From NCBI GenBank assembly GCA_030704615.1, contig CM060734.1, forward strand, positions 20,646,001 through 20,710,000: DNA of 64,000 bases, read 5' to 3'. Every line of letters begins with the position of its first letter. Positions within the stretch are counted from its first letter, which is position 1. Below the pieces are notes generated by a model. It was not told where the DNA came from and did no database searches. It saw nothing but the letters and a program-made list of their open reading frames with translations. The translations under genes and the position numbers were made by a program. Origin of the DNA: Takakia lepidozioides. Taxonomy: Eukaryota; Plantae; Bryophyta. Of this stretch, positions 62,346 through 64,000 are shown one piece after another.

Positions 62346-63190
62346 ATGGAGATGATTGGTGAAGATGACCCCGACTTCTAGCCCGAGAGACCTTCGCAAA
62401 GCGTGTTGAGGAACCGCACCATCATCTCCAACTCACAGAGCAGTGAGCAGGTGCGTGGGCGTGGGAAGGGACGATTGAGCGGCAGAAAAGGGCAATCTTC
62501 ATCTGCAGACGTTGATGCACCATCGTCTGCTCAACAGCGTCATTCCGCAACATCCCAGATGTCCGTTTCAAATCGCTCTTCGCCTGGAGCTGGAAGCTTG
62601 CATAGGGGACAACATGCACGAGGTCCAGCGGCACCTTCTGTGGGTGTGATGCTAACTGCCGAGAGATACCAGAGGGCTCTGAAATCATTGAGAGACAGTG
62701 CCCTCAATCATACTTATAGTTCAATTTCGCATCTTCTCCGCGCTGGCCACCCTCCGCGTGTTCCGTTGTGCAGAACGAGGACGCTACCTGCTGCTCGGCG
62801 AGCTAAAAGGCCAAGGATAGATAAGCTGAAGCTGTATTTTGAGGGAGATGATTACAACGACACCCTTGCCTCCTTTCTACTTACAACAAACAACACCGCT
62901 GGAATGGCATCTGCCATCACGGCCGAGGATAGAGCGACCTGGAATATGCATTGGCAGGAAATGGACCGCTGGTTCGAGGAAGCGATCAAAGGCACCACTT
63001 GGGAGTTTTTGAGCAACAAGTTGTTGTACATCTATGATGGCAACCACCGGTACTTGGCGTGGATGGAGGTCATAGCAGAGCAACATGTAGACGACCCAGA
63101 ATAGCACTATGCAGTGAACTCGAAGATTCTGGATGTGAAGAAAGAGGACGTCGCCTTGGTCAGAAGGGCCATGAACCGCATGAACGTGTA
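62346..63190 (+). pseudogene. 5' exon of a divergent ParB/Srx-like gene (copy C)
   Basis: VPLCRTRTLPAARR...IDKLKLYF...LLYIYDGNHRYLAWMEVI...KILDV...AMNRMN followed by a GT donor; aligns with 47697-48170. Confidence 0.75.
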
Positions 63191-63776
63191 AAAATGCTAA
63201 CGCATATTGGTAGTCTGCTCATATGAGCATTGTTGGCCTCATTAGTCATTTAGAAGTCTGCTCACATGAGCATACTTAGCTTTGCCAACTCGGCCGGCAG
63301 GAGGAGGTGGGAAATCTGGGCCGATTTCCCAAACCCAGTGAGGGCGCTGGGAAGTCTATGCCGACTCTCTACCATATCAGGAAGTATGTGCCGACTCTGC
63401 ACAGACTTCCCGGATCCCCGCGTGTCATAAGTCTATGCCGACTTCTCGTGTTCCTCCGCCCTCAGCCCTCAGCTAAGTTTTCCACAGACTATGTGCTGCG
63501 CGGAAATAGGTGGTACACCTAATACCGTGCATTTATTATTTAGTAGGGATAAAACTGTGGTCATTTCAGCTTCACACACATCCCGAACCAGATCCGAGCC
63601 TGGAAGCTGGCTTCGGGTTTGCTTCGGATCAGGTTCGGCAACTCTGCTCGTGGTTCATGGCTCATCTGCTCATCGCTCATGGAAAGACAACCCCCAAAAT
63701 CCAGGGGCAAAAACAAACAGGGCCATGTATTTGCACCACATATATGGTGTGGCTCCCATTTTTAAGTGACAGCGTC

Positions 63777-63904
63777 CTCGTTGTCCATCACCTTGCTATG
63801 TTTCATAACCCCTTGCACATACAGCTTGAGGTCACGCCTGCTCGTTGTCCATCACCTTGCTATGTTTCATAACCCCTTGCACATACAGCTTGAGGTCACG
63901 CCTG
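63777..63904. repeat. Perfect 64-bp tandem duplication
   Basis: 63777-63840 is identical to 63841-63904. Confidence 0.95.
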
Positions 63905-64000
63905 TTGCGGACCCATGCCTTGCCAAATCCATCTTTCAACATGCATCTGCGTTCAGCTTCCCGTGCAAGTGTTTGTGTTTCACGATCCTTGTATCCCAAG

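Noticed and set aside
61102-62355. Overlapping 100-230-aa ORFs on both strands (also 4640-5439, 43359-43883, 51030-51513)
   Set aside because: They are by-products of stop-poor palindrome arrays (repeating CGTAFP/MRHRIS peptides).

Overview
Eukaryotic, repeat-dense region from a plant nuclear genome, most likely a non-seed land plant (PLS/DYW PPR sequences, GT-AG introns, chromovirus, RandI/Dualen-like LINEs, many CAG/CGA/TGG-derived stops). I see no intact host gene. The window is a nested mosaic of five components. (1) Pack-type CACTA elements: one is complete (26030-37176, 24-bp TIRs, ATT TSD) and they carry scrambled PPR arrays, a PPR-DYW pseudogene, DUF819 exons and TOP3B exons. (2) A young, RNase H-deleted Ty3/Gypsy chromovirus (26263-32555). 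(3) RLE-type LINE fragments with RNase H, a PCIF1-like amino-methyltransferase segment and a structured 3' UTR. (4) Most notable: several decayed copies of an intron-containing gene joining a ParB/Srx-like domain to a beta-class N4C/N6A DNA methyltransferase fold. Each ParB-bearing subfamily is accompanied by its own 20-22-bp palindromes, clustered in arrays and also placed in the gene's introns, reminiscent of parS. (5) Many short foreign fragments inserted bluntly into one another. All domain calls come from motif recognition by eye; no database search was run.
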